From NCBI GenBank assembly GCA_038131165.1, contig JAYPOZ010000008.1, forward strand, positions 3,891 to 67,890: a DNA stretch of 64,000 bases, in the 5' to 3' direction. The notes under the pieces are model-generated. The model saw only the letters and a program-made list of their open reading frames with translations, searched no databases and was not told the DNA's origin. How positions within the stretch are numbered: the first letter of the stretch is position 1; the number at the start of each line of letters is the position of its first letter. Positions 37,789 through 46,368 of the stretch are shown piece by piece. The position numbers were made by a program, and so were the translations under genes. The stretch comes from Rickettsiales bacterium. GTDB lineage: Bacteria; Pseudomonadota; Alphaproteobacteria; UBA8366.

Positions 37789-38712
37789 TTACACATCTTC
37801 CCAAAATTGAACCATGCGGCGACGCATTGCCCGGTCGGGGAGAGGCCCGGCGCCGGCGCCGAGATTGTCGATCATGTGCGCGGGATCGGCGGTCGCGGGG
37901 ATGGCGCAGGTGACGGCAGGGTGCGACAGGATGAACTTGAGAAAGAACTGGCTCCAGTTGGCGCAATCGAATTCCGCCGCCCATTCCGGCAGGGTCTCGC
38001 CCTCGACGGACTGGAACAGCCCGCCCCCTTCGTAAGGCCGGTTGGCGATCACGGCAATGCCGCGCTCGGCCGCGACGGGCAGCAGTCTCGTCTCGACCGC
38101 CCGCTCGCCGATGGAATAGGCCATCTGCACAAAGTCGATGTCTTCGCTCTCCATGATCGCGACCAGATCGTCGATGGCGCCGCTGGTATAATGGGTGATG
38201 CCGATATAGCGGAAGATGCCGGCGGCCTTCCAAAGGTGCAGGGTCTCCAACTGGGTGCGCCAATCGACGAGGTTGTGGATTTGCATGAGGTCGACGGTGC
38301 CGGTCCGCAGGCGGCGCAGCGACTCTTCCATCTGCGCGATGCCCCGGTCGCGGCCCTCCGTCCATACCTTGGTCGCGAGGAAGGTTTGCTCGCGGGTCTC
38401 CGCCGCCGTCAGCAGGTCGCCGACGACGCCTTCCGCCCGCCCATACATCGGCGAGGCATCGACGACGCTGCCGCCCGCCCCGTACATCAATTGCAGGACT
38501 TCGCGCTGCGGGCCGCGGGCGGCGGTGTCTTCCGGCACGTCGAAGGCCTGCCAGGTGCCGAGGCCGACAATGGGGAGCAGCTCGCCGGTCTTGGGGATGG
38601 CGCGTCGTATCATGGGAGGCATGGCAATGGAGGCTCCAGTCAAGACCAGCGCCGCGCTGCCGGCTGCCGCGAGTTGCATAAATTCCCGCCGGGTGACGTC
38701 TCGCACGCTCAT
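37789..38712 (-). CDS. Aldo/keto reductase with twin-arginine (Tat) signal peptide
   Basis: The N-terminus reads MSVRDVTRREFMQLAAAGSAALVLTGASIA, followed by an AKR core (GLGTWQ, YGRAEG, THYT). The start is the internal ATG of track ORF 37789..38826. Confidence 0.85.
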   Translation of the reverse strand: MSVRDVTRREFMQLAAAGSAALVLTGASIAMPPMIRRAIPKTGELLPIVGLGTWQAFDVPEDTAARGPQREVLQLMYGAGGSVVDASPMYGRAEGVVGDLLTAAETREQTFLATKVWTEGRDRGIAQMEESLRRLRTGTVDLMQIHNLVDWRTQLETLHLWKAAGIFRYIGITHYTSGAIDDLVAIMESEDIDFVQMAYSIGERAVETRLLPVAAERGIAVIANRPYEGGGLFQSVEGETLPEWAAEFDCANWSQFFLKFILSHPAVTCAIPATADPAHMIDNLGAGAGPLPDRAMRRRMVQFWEDV

Positions 38713-38722
38713 CGCCGCAACG

Positions 38723-39982
38723 TCAGCCGGCGGCCGTGATTCTTGCGACCTGTTCGTCGCGGGCGAAGATTTCGATCTCCTCGCCGACGCCGCGCAACGG
38801 ATGCCGCCCGACGGACCGCCAGCCATCCGGCGCGAGGTCGACGAAAGCCCGGCTCGCCAAGGCGTCGCGGCCGACCGTCTTGGTCAATGATTCGATTCGC
38901 GCCGCTTCGTTCGCGGCGGCGCCGATGACGCTGAACTCGACCCGCGCCGGGACGCCGATATTGCCGTAGAGGACCTCGCCCACATGCAGGCCGATGCCGA
39001 AGGAAATTTCCGGCTTGCCGTCTCGGGCGCGCCCGGCATTGGCGCCCTTGAGCCGTGCCGTCGCCTCTCGCAGAGCCGACGTCGCGGCGGCGGCGGCCTC
39101 CTCGGCGGTCATTTCGCCCTCGCCGATCGGGAAAATGCCGAGCACGGCGTCGCCGATAAACCGCAAGACTTCGCCGCCGTTGGCGATGACCGCGCCGGCC
39201 GTGACCTCGAAATAGTCGTTCAGGGTGGCGAGGAACTGCGCCTTGGACATGGATTCGGCCAAGGGCGTCGAGCCCCGCAGGTCGCTGAACCAGATCACGG
39301 CATTGATTTCCTCGCCGTCGCCGAGCTTGATCTGTCCCTGCAGGACGCGCTTGCCCGCGCTGCGGCCGAGATAGGCATCGAGAACGTTCCGCGCTGTCTG
39401 TTCCTTGATGGTGACCTTGCAGGCGACGGCCAGGCGCTTCTGAATTCGCATCAGCGCCGCGATGTCCCGGTCGCTGAATCCCGAGGGCCGGTCCGTCAGC
39501 CAGGAGGCTATCATCCCTTCTGTGTTCGAATATGCGGTTGGCGTTTCGGAAAATGCGGACGCATTGATTAGATAATCGGTCGCGCCTTCGTCCCGAAAGG
39601 TTTCCAGCACCGAAAAATCGACCAGCGCGTCGTCTCCGGTAAGCCGGCGGCGCAAGAAGGGCGTGCCGGACTCGAGGACAACGGCAATCGGGCTTTTCTG
39701 GAAAGCTTCGGTGTTCAGCATCTCGCCGTGCAGGAAGCTTTCCGAAACCAGCCCTTCGCCCGGCTTCCAGACCAGGCTCGTTCCGGCGAAGAGCGGGTGC
39801 AGGGTGCTGAAGCCGATCGAGCCGCGCGAGATCGGAATCCCGGCGGCGCGAAGCCGATCGCAACAGCCGCCGAAAAGCGTCTCGATATCGGCGCCGGTGA
39901 GCGCGCGCGTGATCAGCCAGTCCGCGACCTGATCGATCAGCGTGTCGCCGTAACTCAAAGCTTGGTGGTCGAGTTCGCTCAT
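38723..39982 (-). CDS. Class III adenylate/guanylate cyclase with uncharacterised N-terminal domain
   Basis: The cyclase core VIWFSDLRGSTPLAE...RFIGDAVLGIFP...GLHVGEVLYGNIG is present. The alternative upstream ATG at 40018 would overlap the acyl-CoA ligase gene by 29 nt. Confidence 0.85.
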   Translation of the reverse strand: MSELDHQALSYGDTLIDQVADWLITRALTGADIETLFGGCCDRLRAAGIPISRGSIGFSTLHPLFAGTSLVWKPGEGLVSESFLHGEMLNTEAFQKSPIAVVLESGTPFLRRRLTGDDALVDFSVLETFRDEGATDYLINASAFSETPTAYSNTEGMIASWLTDRPSGFSDRDIAALMRIQKRLAVACKVTIKEQTARNVLDAYLGRSAGKRVLQGQIKLGDGEEINAVIWFSDLRGSTPLAESMSKAQFLATLNDYFEVTAGAVIANGGEVLRFIGDAVLGIFPIGEGEMTAEEAAAAATSALREATARLKGANAGRARDGKPEISFGIGLHVGEVLYGNIGVPARVEFSVIGAAANEAARIESLTKTVGRDALASRAFVDLAPDGWRSVGRHPLRGVGEEIEIFARDEQVARITAAG

Positions 39983-39989
39983 CCGAAGC

Positions 39990-41786
39990 CTATCCGCGGT
40001 AGAGCGCTTCGAGCGCATCTCCGAACCGGGCCTTAATCATGTGCCGGCGAATCTTCATGCTCGGGGTGAGCATCTCGTTGTCGATGCTGAAGGGCTCCGC
40101 GGTCAGGATGAACTTCCGAACCCGCTCGATCGTATTGAGCCGTCCGTTGATCCGGTCGAGCGCCTCGCGGACAGCGGTGCTGAACGCCTCGTTCTCGACC
40201 AATTCGGAAAGATCGGGCGCCGTGCCGTTCGCTTTCGCCCAATCGTGGGCGAAGTCGGTATCGGGGACGATCAGCGCCACCAAATGCGGGCGCTTGTCGC
40301 CATAGACCATCGCCTGGGCGATCTCGGGCTCCGCCGTCAGCATGCCTTCGACCCGTTGCGGGGCCACATTGTCGCCGCCCGAATTGACGATGATGTCCTT
40401 CTTGCGGTCGGTGATGCGGATATAGCCGTCTTCGTCGATCTCGCCGATGTCGCCGGTGTGGAGCCAGCCGTCCTGAATCGCTTCGGAGGTCGCTTCCTCG
40501 TTGTTCCAATATCCCTGCATGACCAACTCGCCGCGCACCAATATCTCGCCGTCTTCGGCGATCCGCACCTCGACGTCCTTCATCGGCGGTCCGACGGTGC
40601 GCATCTTGTTCGGATGGGGCGGATTGCAGCTGACGACCGGCGCCGATTCCGTCTGGCCGTATCCTTGCAGGATCGTCAGGCCGAGGCCGGTGAAGAAGAC
40701 CCCGATGTCGTAATTGAGCGGTGCCCCGCCCGAGACGAAGGCCTTCAGGCGGCCGCCGAAGCGTTCCTTCACCTTGCTGCGCACCAGCTTGTCCATGAGG
40801 CCGTCGAGCAGCGAATCGATGGGGCCGAGGGAACCCGGCGCCTCGTAGCGGCGGCGGCCGAGGTCGACCGCTTTCATGAACATCTTTCTCTTCAGGCTGC
40901 CGCTCTGTTCCACGCCGCGGATGATGCGGCCATGCATCGCTTCGTATAGGCGCGGCACGGCGGTGAGGATGGTCGGGCGGACTTCAGAGATGTTGCCTGT
41001 CAGTTTTTCGACGCCTTCCGCGTAATAGATTTGCGCGCCGATGGAGATCGGCAGGAACTGGCCCGCCGTATGCTCGTAGGAATGCGAGAGCGGCAGGAAC
41101 GAGAGAAAAATCTCCCGCCCCTCCTCGAAGCCCGGCAGTTGCTCGAGAAATTCATGTGCGCCCATGCAATTGCAAAGGATGGCGCCGTGGCTCAGCATCA
41201 CGCCCTTCGGCGTGCCGGAGGTGCCGGATGTGTAGATCAGGCAAGATGTCGCGTTGCGGGGAATTTCCGTCGGTTTCGGCAGCGCCGTGGGGTCCGCCGT
41301 CTCGCCGCGCAGGAGCGCTTCCTCCCAGGTCAGGGTCTCGAACGGATGACTGCCCTCCGGCAGGGCGTCGATGGAGATGACAAAGCCGAGATCGGGGCAT
41401 TGTATCGCCGCGGCGCAAACTCGGTCGGCAAGGGCCTTGCTCGAGACGATCACGCCCTTGGCCCCGCTGTCGGACAGAATGTGCAGATGGTCTTCAACCG
41501 TGTTCGTGGTATAGGCCGGAACCGAAATGCCGCCCGCCGCCATGACCGCGATATCCGCCATCATCCATTCGGGGCGGTTCTCCGCCACCAAGCCCACCCG
41601 GTCGCCGGCTTCGACGCCGAGCGAGCGAAGCGCCCGGGCCAGACGGGTGACCGTATCGGACGTCTCCCGCCAGCTGGTCGAGGACCACTCGCCGTTCGAT
41701 TTCGCCCAAAGAAACGGCGCGTCGCCATAATGCTCCACGCGGTCGTAGAACATTTCGACCAGATTCGGCATTGCCTGATAGTCCAT
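39990..41786 (-). CDS. Long-chain fatty-acid--CoA ligase (AMP-dependent synthetase)
   Basis: The AMP-binding motif LIYTSGTSGTPKGV and the GWLHTGDIGEIDEDGYIRITDRKKD motif are present. The start is the internal ATG of track ORF 39990..41870. Confidence 0.9.
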   Translation of the reverse strand: MDYQAMPNLVEMFYDRVEHYGDAPFLWAKSNGEWSSTSWRETSDTVTRLARALRSLGVEAGDRVGLVAENRPEWMMADIAVMAAGGISVPAYTTNTVEDHLHILSDSGAKGVIVSSKALADRVCAAAIQCPDLGFVISIDALPEGSHPFETLTWEEALLRGETADPTALPKPTEIPRNATSCLIYTSGTSGTPKGVMLSHGAILCNCMGAHEFLEQLPGFEEGREIFLSFLPLSHSYEHTAGQFLPISIGAQIYYAEGVEKLTGNISEVRPTILTAVPRLYEAMHGRIIRGVEQSGSLKRKMFMKAVDLGRRRYEAPGSLGPIDSLLDGLMDKLVRSKVKERFGGRLKAFVSGGAPLNYDIGVFFTGLGLTILQGYGQTESAPVVSCNPPHPNKMRTVGPPMKDVEVRIAEDGEILVRGELVMQGYWNNEEATSEAIQDGWLHTGDIGEIDEDGYIRITDRKKDIIVNSGGDNVAPQRVEGMLTAEPEIAQAMVYGDKRPHLVALIVPDTDFAHDWAKANGTAPDLSELVENEAFSTAVREALDRINGRLNTIERVRKFILTAEPFSIDNEMLTPSMKIRRHMIKARFGDALEALYRG

Positions 41787-41956
41787 TCCCGCGTCCCGCT
41801 TCCCTGTAGTCCCATGAATTTTTCTACCGTTGTTATATAGGGAAGCGGATACAAGAAAAACCACCTCCACGCCGGCGGGCCGCCGCTATTGAAGCGATGA
41901 TTGCTTGTGAGGCTCCCTCCGCGCGCCTATATCGCCTGAAAGCAGGGAGTATGAGC

Positions 41957-43735
41957 ATGAATGACGCCGCACGGCTTGGAGCTTTGCCCACGTGGGATTT
42001 GGCGGATCTTTATCCGGGTACCGAATCGCCCGAACTGGCCGGCGATCTGGAAGCGGCGGCCGCCGAAGCCGAGACCTTCGCGGCGCAATACGAAGGCGGA
42101 CTGGCTGCGCTCGACGGGGCGGCGCTGGGCAAAGCGGTCGCTGAGTATGAACGCCAGGAGGAACGTCTCGGGCGCATCATGAGTTTCGCCCATCTGCTCT
42201 ATGCCGGGGACATTACGAATCCCGAAACCGGGCGGTTTTTCCAGACCATGCAGGAAAAGGTCAACGCGGTCGCCTCGGTCCTGCTTTTCTTCGAGCTGGA
42301 ACTGCGCCGGATCGAGGACGACGAGCTTGAAGCGAAATTGGCGGACGACGGACTCGCCAAGTACCGGCCCTGGCTGCGCGACATGCGTGCGTTCCGGCCC
42401 TATCAACTGTCCGACGAGGTGGAGAAACTGCTGCTCGAGAAATCCGTCGCGGGGCGCGCGTCCTGGGTGCGGCTCTTCGACGAGACGATCGCCGATCTCC
42501 GCTTTCCCTTCAAGGGGCGCGATCTGACCGAGACCGAGATCCTCGACCATCTCAGCGACCCGGACGGGGACAACCGCCGCGAAGCGGCGCAATCGCTCGG
42601 CCAGGTTCTGGGAGAGAACATCCGGCCCTTCGCGCTGATTACGAACACGCTGGCGAAAGACAAGCAGATCGAGGACCGGTGGCGCGGCTACAAGCGGCCG
42701 ATCTCGGCGCGCAATCTCTCGAACTTCGTCGAGGACGAAGTGGTGGACGCCCTGCTCTCGGCGGTGCAGGCGGCCTATCCCCGTATCTCGCACCGCTACT
42801 ACGCCCTGAAGGCCCGCTGGTTCGGCAGCGACCGGCTCGACTACTGGGACCGCAACGCGCCGCCGCCCGACAAGGACGAGCGGATCGTGCCCTGGGAGGA
42901 GGCCCGCCGGACCGTGCTCGGCGCCTATGGCGATTTTTCCGGCACCTTGGCCGATATCGGCTGCCGATTCTTCGAGAAGCCCTGGATCGACGCGCCCGTG
43001 CGCCCGGGCAAGGCATCCGGCGCCTTCGCGCACCCGACCGTGCCGTCCGCGCATCCTTATCTGCTGCTGAACTATCAGGGGAAGACCCGCGACGTGATGA
43101 CCTTGGCGCATGAGCTCGGCCACGGCGTGCATCAGGTTCTCTCGGCGAATCAGGGGCATTTGATGGCCGACACGCCGCTGACCCTGGCGGAGACGGCGAG
43201 CGTGTTCGGCGAGATGCTGACCTTTCAGGCGATGCTGAAGAACACCACCGACCCCGTTGCACGGCGGGCCATGCTGGCCGGCAAGGTCGAGGACATGATC
43301 AATACGGTCGTTCGCCAGACCGCGTTCTGCCATTTCGAGCGCGACATCCACGATGCCCGCCTGAAAAGCGAGTTGACCTCCGACGAGATCGGCGCGATTT
43401 GGATGAACGTACAGCAGGAGAGCCTCGGGCCGAGTTTCCGGTATCACGACGAATACCGCCATTACTGGGCCTATATCCCGCATTTCATCCATTCGCCGTT
43501 CTATGTGTATGCGTACGCGTTCGGCGATTGCCTCGTGAACGCGCTGTACGCTGTCTATCGGGACGCGGAAAGCGGGTTCGCGGAGAAATATCTGGAGATG
43601 CTGCAGGCCGGCGGTACCTTACGGCACAAGGAGTTGCTGGCGCCGTTCGGTCTCGATGCCACCGATCCGGCGTTCTGGGACAAGGGTCTGGGCGTGGTGG
43701 AAAGCCTGATCGACGAGCTCGAGGCGGCCTTTTAG
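41957..43735 (+). CDS. pepF: M3B oligoendopeptidase F family
   Basis: HELGHGVH zinc motif. ATG 41957 has better spacing from GGGAG than ATG 41951. Confidence 0.9.
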   Translation: MNDAARLGALPTWDLADLYPGTESPELAGDLEAAAAEAETFAAQYEGGLAALDGAALGKAVAEYERQEERLGRIMSFAHLLYAGDITNPETGRFFQTMQEKVNAVASVLLFFELELRRIEDDELEAKLADDGLAKYRPWLRDMRAFRPYQLSDEVEKLLLEKSVAGRASWVRLFDETIADLRFPFKGRDLTETEILDHLSDPDGDNRREAAQSLGQVLGENIRPFALITNTLAKDKQIEDRWRGYKRPISARNLSNFVEDEVVDALLSAVQAAYPRISHRYYALKARWFGSDRLDYWDRNAPPPDKDERIVPWEEARRTVLGAYGDFSGTLADIGCRFFEKPWIDAPVRPGKASGAFAHPTVPSAHPYLLLNYQGKTRDVMTLAHELGHGVHQVLSANQGHLMADTPLTLAETASVFGEMLTFQAMLKNTTDPVARRAMLAGKVEDMINTVVRQTAFCHFERDIHDARLKSELTSDEIGAIWMNVQQESLGPSFRYHDEYRHYWAYIPHFIHSPFYVYAYAFGDCLVNALYAVYRDAESGFAEKYLEMLQAGGTLRHKELLAPFGLDATDPAFWDKGLGVVESLIDELEAAF

Positions 43736-43767
43736 GGCGCGCCGGTGCGCGCCGGGAGTGTTGGGAG

Positions 43768-45027
43768 ATGAAGTCGGGCAAGGTAGCCGCTAGATCCGCC
43801 ATCGTCATCGGGGCGGGCATTGCCGGGGTTTCCTCGGCGCTTTACCTGCAACGGGACGGCCATGCGGTGACGCTGCTGGATCCGGCGCCGCCCGGTTCGA
43901 TGGCGTCTTTCGGCAACGCGGGCCTGATCGCGACCTATGCGACGATTCCGACGGCGACGCCGGATATTCTGATGCGGGTGCCCAAGATGCTGATGGACCC
44001 GGCGGGTCCGCTGAGCCTGCGCTGGACTTATCTGCCGCGCATGATGCCCTGGCTGATCTCGCTGGTTCGCAACAGCACGCCGGAACGCATCCGCCAGAAC
44101 GCCCTCGCGAAATCCGCCTTATTGGACCGGGCTTGGGAGGATTACCGGCCGCTGATCGACGACGCCGGCGCCCACGATCTCGTCTATGCGGGGGGCATGC
44201 TCCGCGTCTTCCGGACCGACGCCGCGTTCGACGCCATGAAGGCGCGGGAGATCGAGCTGATGGACCTGACGGGCCGCGCCTACGAGCTGCTGGGCGCCGA
44301 CGAAATCCGCCAGATGGAACCGGGACTGGCGCCCCTCTTCAAACACGCGATTTACTCCACTGACACGCAGAATATCCGCAATCCGGGACGCCTGACCGAG
44401 ATGTTCGCAAGCCACTTTCAGGCCAAGGGCGGTACCGTGAAGGCGGAATCCGTGACCGGCCTCGAGCGAAGCGGACTGGGCGGATGGCGGGTGCGGACGG
44501 ACCGGGGCGAATATTCGGCCAGTATCGTCGTCATTGCGGCGGGTGCCTGGTCGCGGCGCATTGCCGAGATGATCGGGCTGCGAATATTGCTGGATACGGA
44601 GCGCGGCTATCACGTCATTCTGCCCGCTCCCGAGCCGGGCCTGAACCGTTCCGTCCATTTCGGCGAAGAAGGTTGCATGCTGTCGCCGATGGAAATGGGC
44701 TACCGGCTTACGACAGGTGTCGAATTGGCCGGTATCGATGCGCCGCCCGATTACCGAAGGATTCGCCGTGCGGCGGGATTGGTGGAAGGCTATGTAAAAG
44801 GCTTGAAATGCGCGGAGCAGTCGATCTGGATGGGCCGGCGGCCTTCGACGCCGGATACGGTGCCGATTCTGGGGCCGGTGCGGGGCGCTTCGGGACTCTA
44901 TTTCGCGACCGGCGGCGCGCATATCGGCATGAGCCTCGGGCCGACCTTCGGGCGGATCATCGCGGATCTGGTGGCGGACCGCGACCCCGGGGTAAATCTC
45001 ATGCCGTATCGGCCGAACCGTTGGTAA
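43768..45027 (+). CDS. FAD-dependent oxidoreductase, DAO/DadA-like (paralog A)
   Basis: The IVIGAGIAGVSSALYL dinucleotide-binding motif is present. The C-terminus ends PYRPNRW. Confidence 0.85.
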   Translation: MKSGKVAARSAIVIGAGIAGVSSALYLQRDGHAVTLLDPAPPGSMASFGNAGLIATYATIPTATPDILMRVPKMLMDPAGPLSLRWTYLPRMMPWLISLVRNSTPERIRQNALAKSALLDRAWEDYRPLIDDAGAHDLVYAGGMLRVFRTDAAFDAMKAREIELMDLTGRAYELLGADEIRQMEPGLAPLFKHAIYSTDTQNIRNPGRLTEMFASHFQAKGGTVKAESVTGLERSGLGGWRVRTDRGEYSASIVVIAAGAWSRRIAEMIGLRILLDTERGYHVILPAPEPGLNRSVHFGEEGCMLSPMEMGYRLTTGVELAGIDAPPDYRRIRRAAGLVEGYVKGLKCAEQSIWMGRRPSTPDTVPILGPVRGASGLYFATGGAHIGMSLGPTFGRIIADLVADRDPGVNLMPYRPNRW

Positions 45028-45043
45028 GAAGGAGGCAGGCGAA

Positions 45044-46300
45044 ATGAGCGAGACACCATCGACCGACCCGAAATCCATTGTCGTCATCGGCGCCGGGATC
45101 GTGGGAATAGCCTCGGCGCTGTTTCTCCAGCGCGACGGGCACAAGGTGACGGTGCTCGACCCGCGCGGTATCGGGGAAGCGGCGTCTTTCGGCAATGCGG
45201 GCACCATCGCCACGACCTCCTGCGTGCCGACGGCGCGGCCCGATATCCTGAAACGGGTGCCGAAGATGCTGATGGACCCGACCGGGCCGCTCAGCATCCG
45301 TTGGTCCTACCTGCCGCGCCTGGCGCCCTGGCTGATCGATCTGGTGCGAAACAGCACGCCGGAGCGAATCCTGGCGAACGCGCAGGCGAAGACGGCGCTG
45401 CTGAACCACGCGATGGCGGCCTACAACGAGTTGATCGCGGAATCCGACGCCGAAGACATGGTCGTGCGCAACGGCATCCTGCAACTCTACGAAACCGACG
45501 CCAGCTTCAACGCCAGCGCGCGCGAGCGGGCCCTGATGCAGGCATGCGGCCACAAGCTCGATATCTTGCCGGGCGAGGAAATCCGCCAGATGGAGCCGGC
45601 GCTCGCCACCGGGTTCAAGCATGCGGTCTATCTGGAAAACCATGCGACGATCAAACATCCGGGCGACCTGACGAAGCGTTTTGCGGCGCTGTTCGACTCC
45701 AAGGGCGGGGTGTTCGCCCGGGAGCAGGTGACCGGCCTCTCGAAGCAGGGGAGCGCCTGGGCGGTCTCGACCGACAAGGGATCGTATGTCGCCGACCGGG
45801 TGGTCGTGGCGGCGGGCGCCTGGTCGCGCGAGGTCGCCCGCATGCTCGGCATTCGCATGCTGCTGGATACGGAGCGCGGCTATCACGTGATGGTGCCGCA
45901 GCCCGACCCGGCGCTGAAGCGGCCGGTGCTGCTGGGCGACCATTCGGTGTTCCTGGTGCCGATGGCGCACGGCATGCGGGTGACCAGCGGGGTCGAGCTC
46001 GGCGGCCTGGAACTGCCGCCCGACTACCGGCGCATCCGGGCGATGGTGCCGTTCGCCAAACGGGTGCTGCCGCATCTCGACGAGACCGAAATGTCGGCCT
46101 GGATGGGCTTCCGCCCTTCGACCCCGGATACGCGGCCGATCCTCGGCGAATCGCCGGGCGCGGAAGGTGTTTTCTTCGCGACCGGCGGCTCGCACATCGG
46201 CATGACGCTGGGCCCGGTCATGGGCAAGATCACCGCCGACCTGGTGGCGGGGCGCGATCACGGTTTCGACCTCGAACCGTACCGGCCGGATCGCTGGTAG
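45044..46300 (+). CDS. FAD-dependent oxidoreductase, DAO/DadA-like (paralog B)
   Basis: VVIGAGIVGIASALFL is present, with GGAGG 8 nt upstream of the start. It is collinear with paralog A along its whole length and ends PYRPDRW. Confidence 0.85.
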   Translation: MSETPSTDPKSIVVIGAGIVGIASALFLQRDGHKVTVLDPRGIGEAASFGNAGTIATTSCVPTARPDILKRVPKMLMDPTGPLSIRWSYLPRLAPWLIDLVRNSTPERILANAQAKTALLNHAMAAYNELIAESDAEDMVVRNGILQLYETDASFNASARERALMQACGHKLDILPGEEIRQMEPALATGFKHAVYLENHATIKHPGDLTKRFAALFDSKGGVFAREQVTGLSKQGSAWAVSTDKGSYVADRVVVAAGAWSREVARMLGIRMLLDTERGYHVMVPQPDPALKRPVLLGDHSVFLVPMAHGMRVTSGVELGGLELPPDYRRIRAMVPFAKRVLPHLDETEMSAWMGFRPSTPDTRPILGESPGAEGVFFATGGSHIGMTLGPVMGKITADLVAGRDHGFDLEPYRPDRW

Positions 46301-46317
46301 GGCTTCCGGCGGACGAT

Positions 46318-46347
46318 AAAAAAGGGCGCCCCGGAGGGCGCCCTTTT
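46318..46347. terminator. Bidirectional rho-independent terminator
   Basis: AAAAAA-GGGCGCCC-cgga-GGGCGCCC-TTTT. It lies between the convergent oxidoreductase gene and the chemoreceptor tail. Confidence 0.75.
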
Positions 46348-46368
46348 CCGTAAGCTGCCGGTCGGTGT

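Noticed and set aside
38723-39982. Cyclase plus cNMP-binding protein as a Pycsar- or CBASS-like defence pair.
   Set aside because: The two genes are 13 kb apart and in unrelated operons. The cyclase is a standard class III enzyme embedded in metabolic genes, and no TIR, nuclease or pore effector is present.
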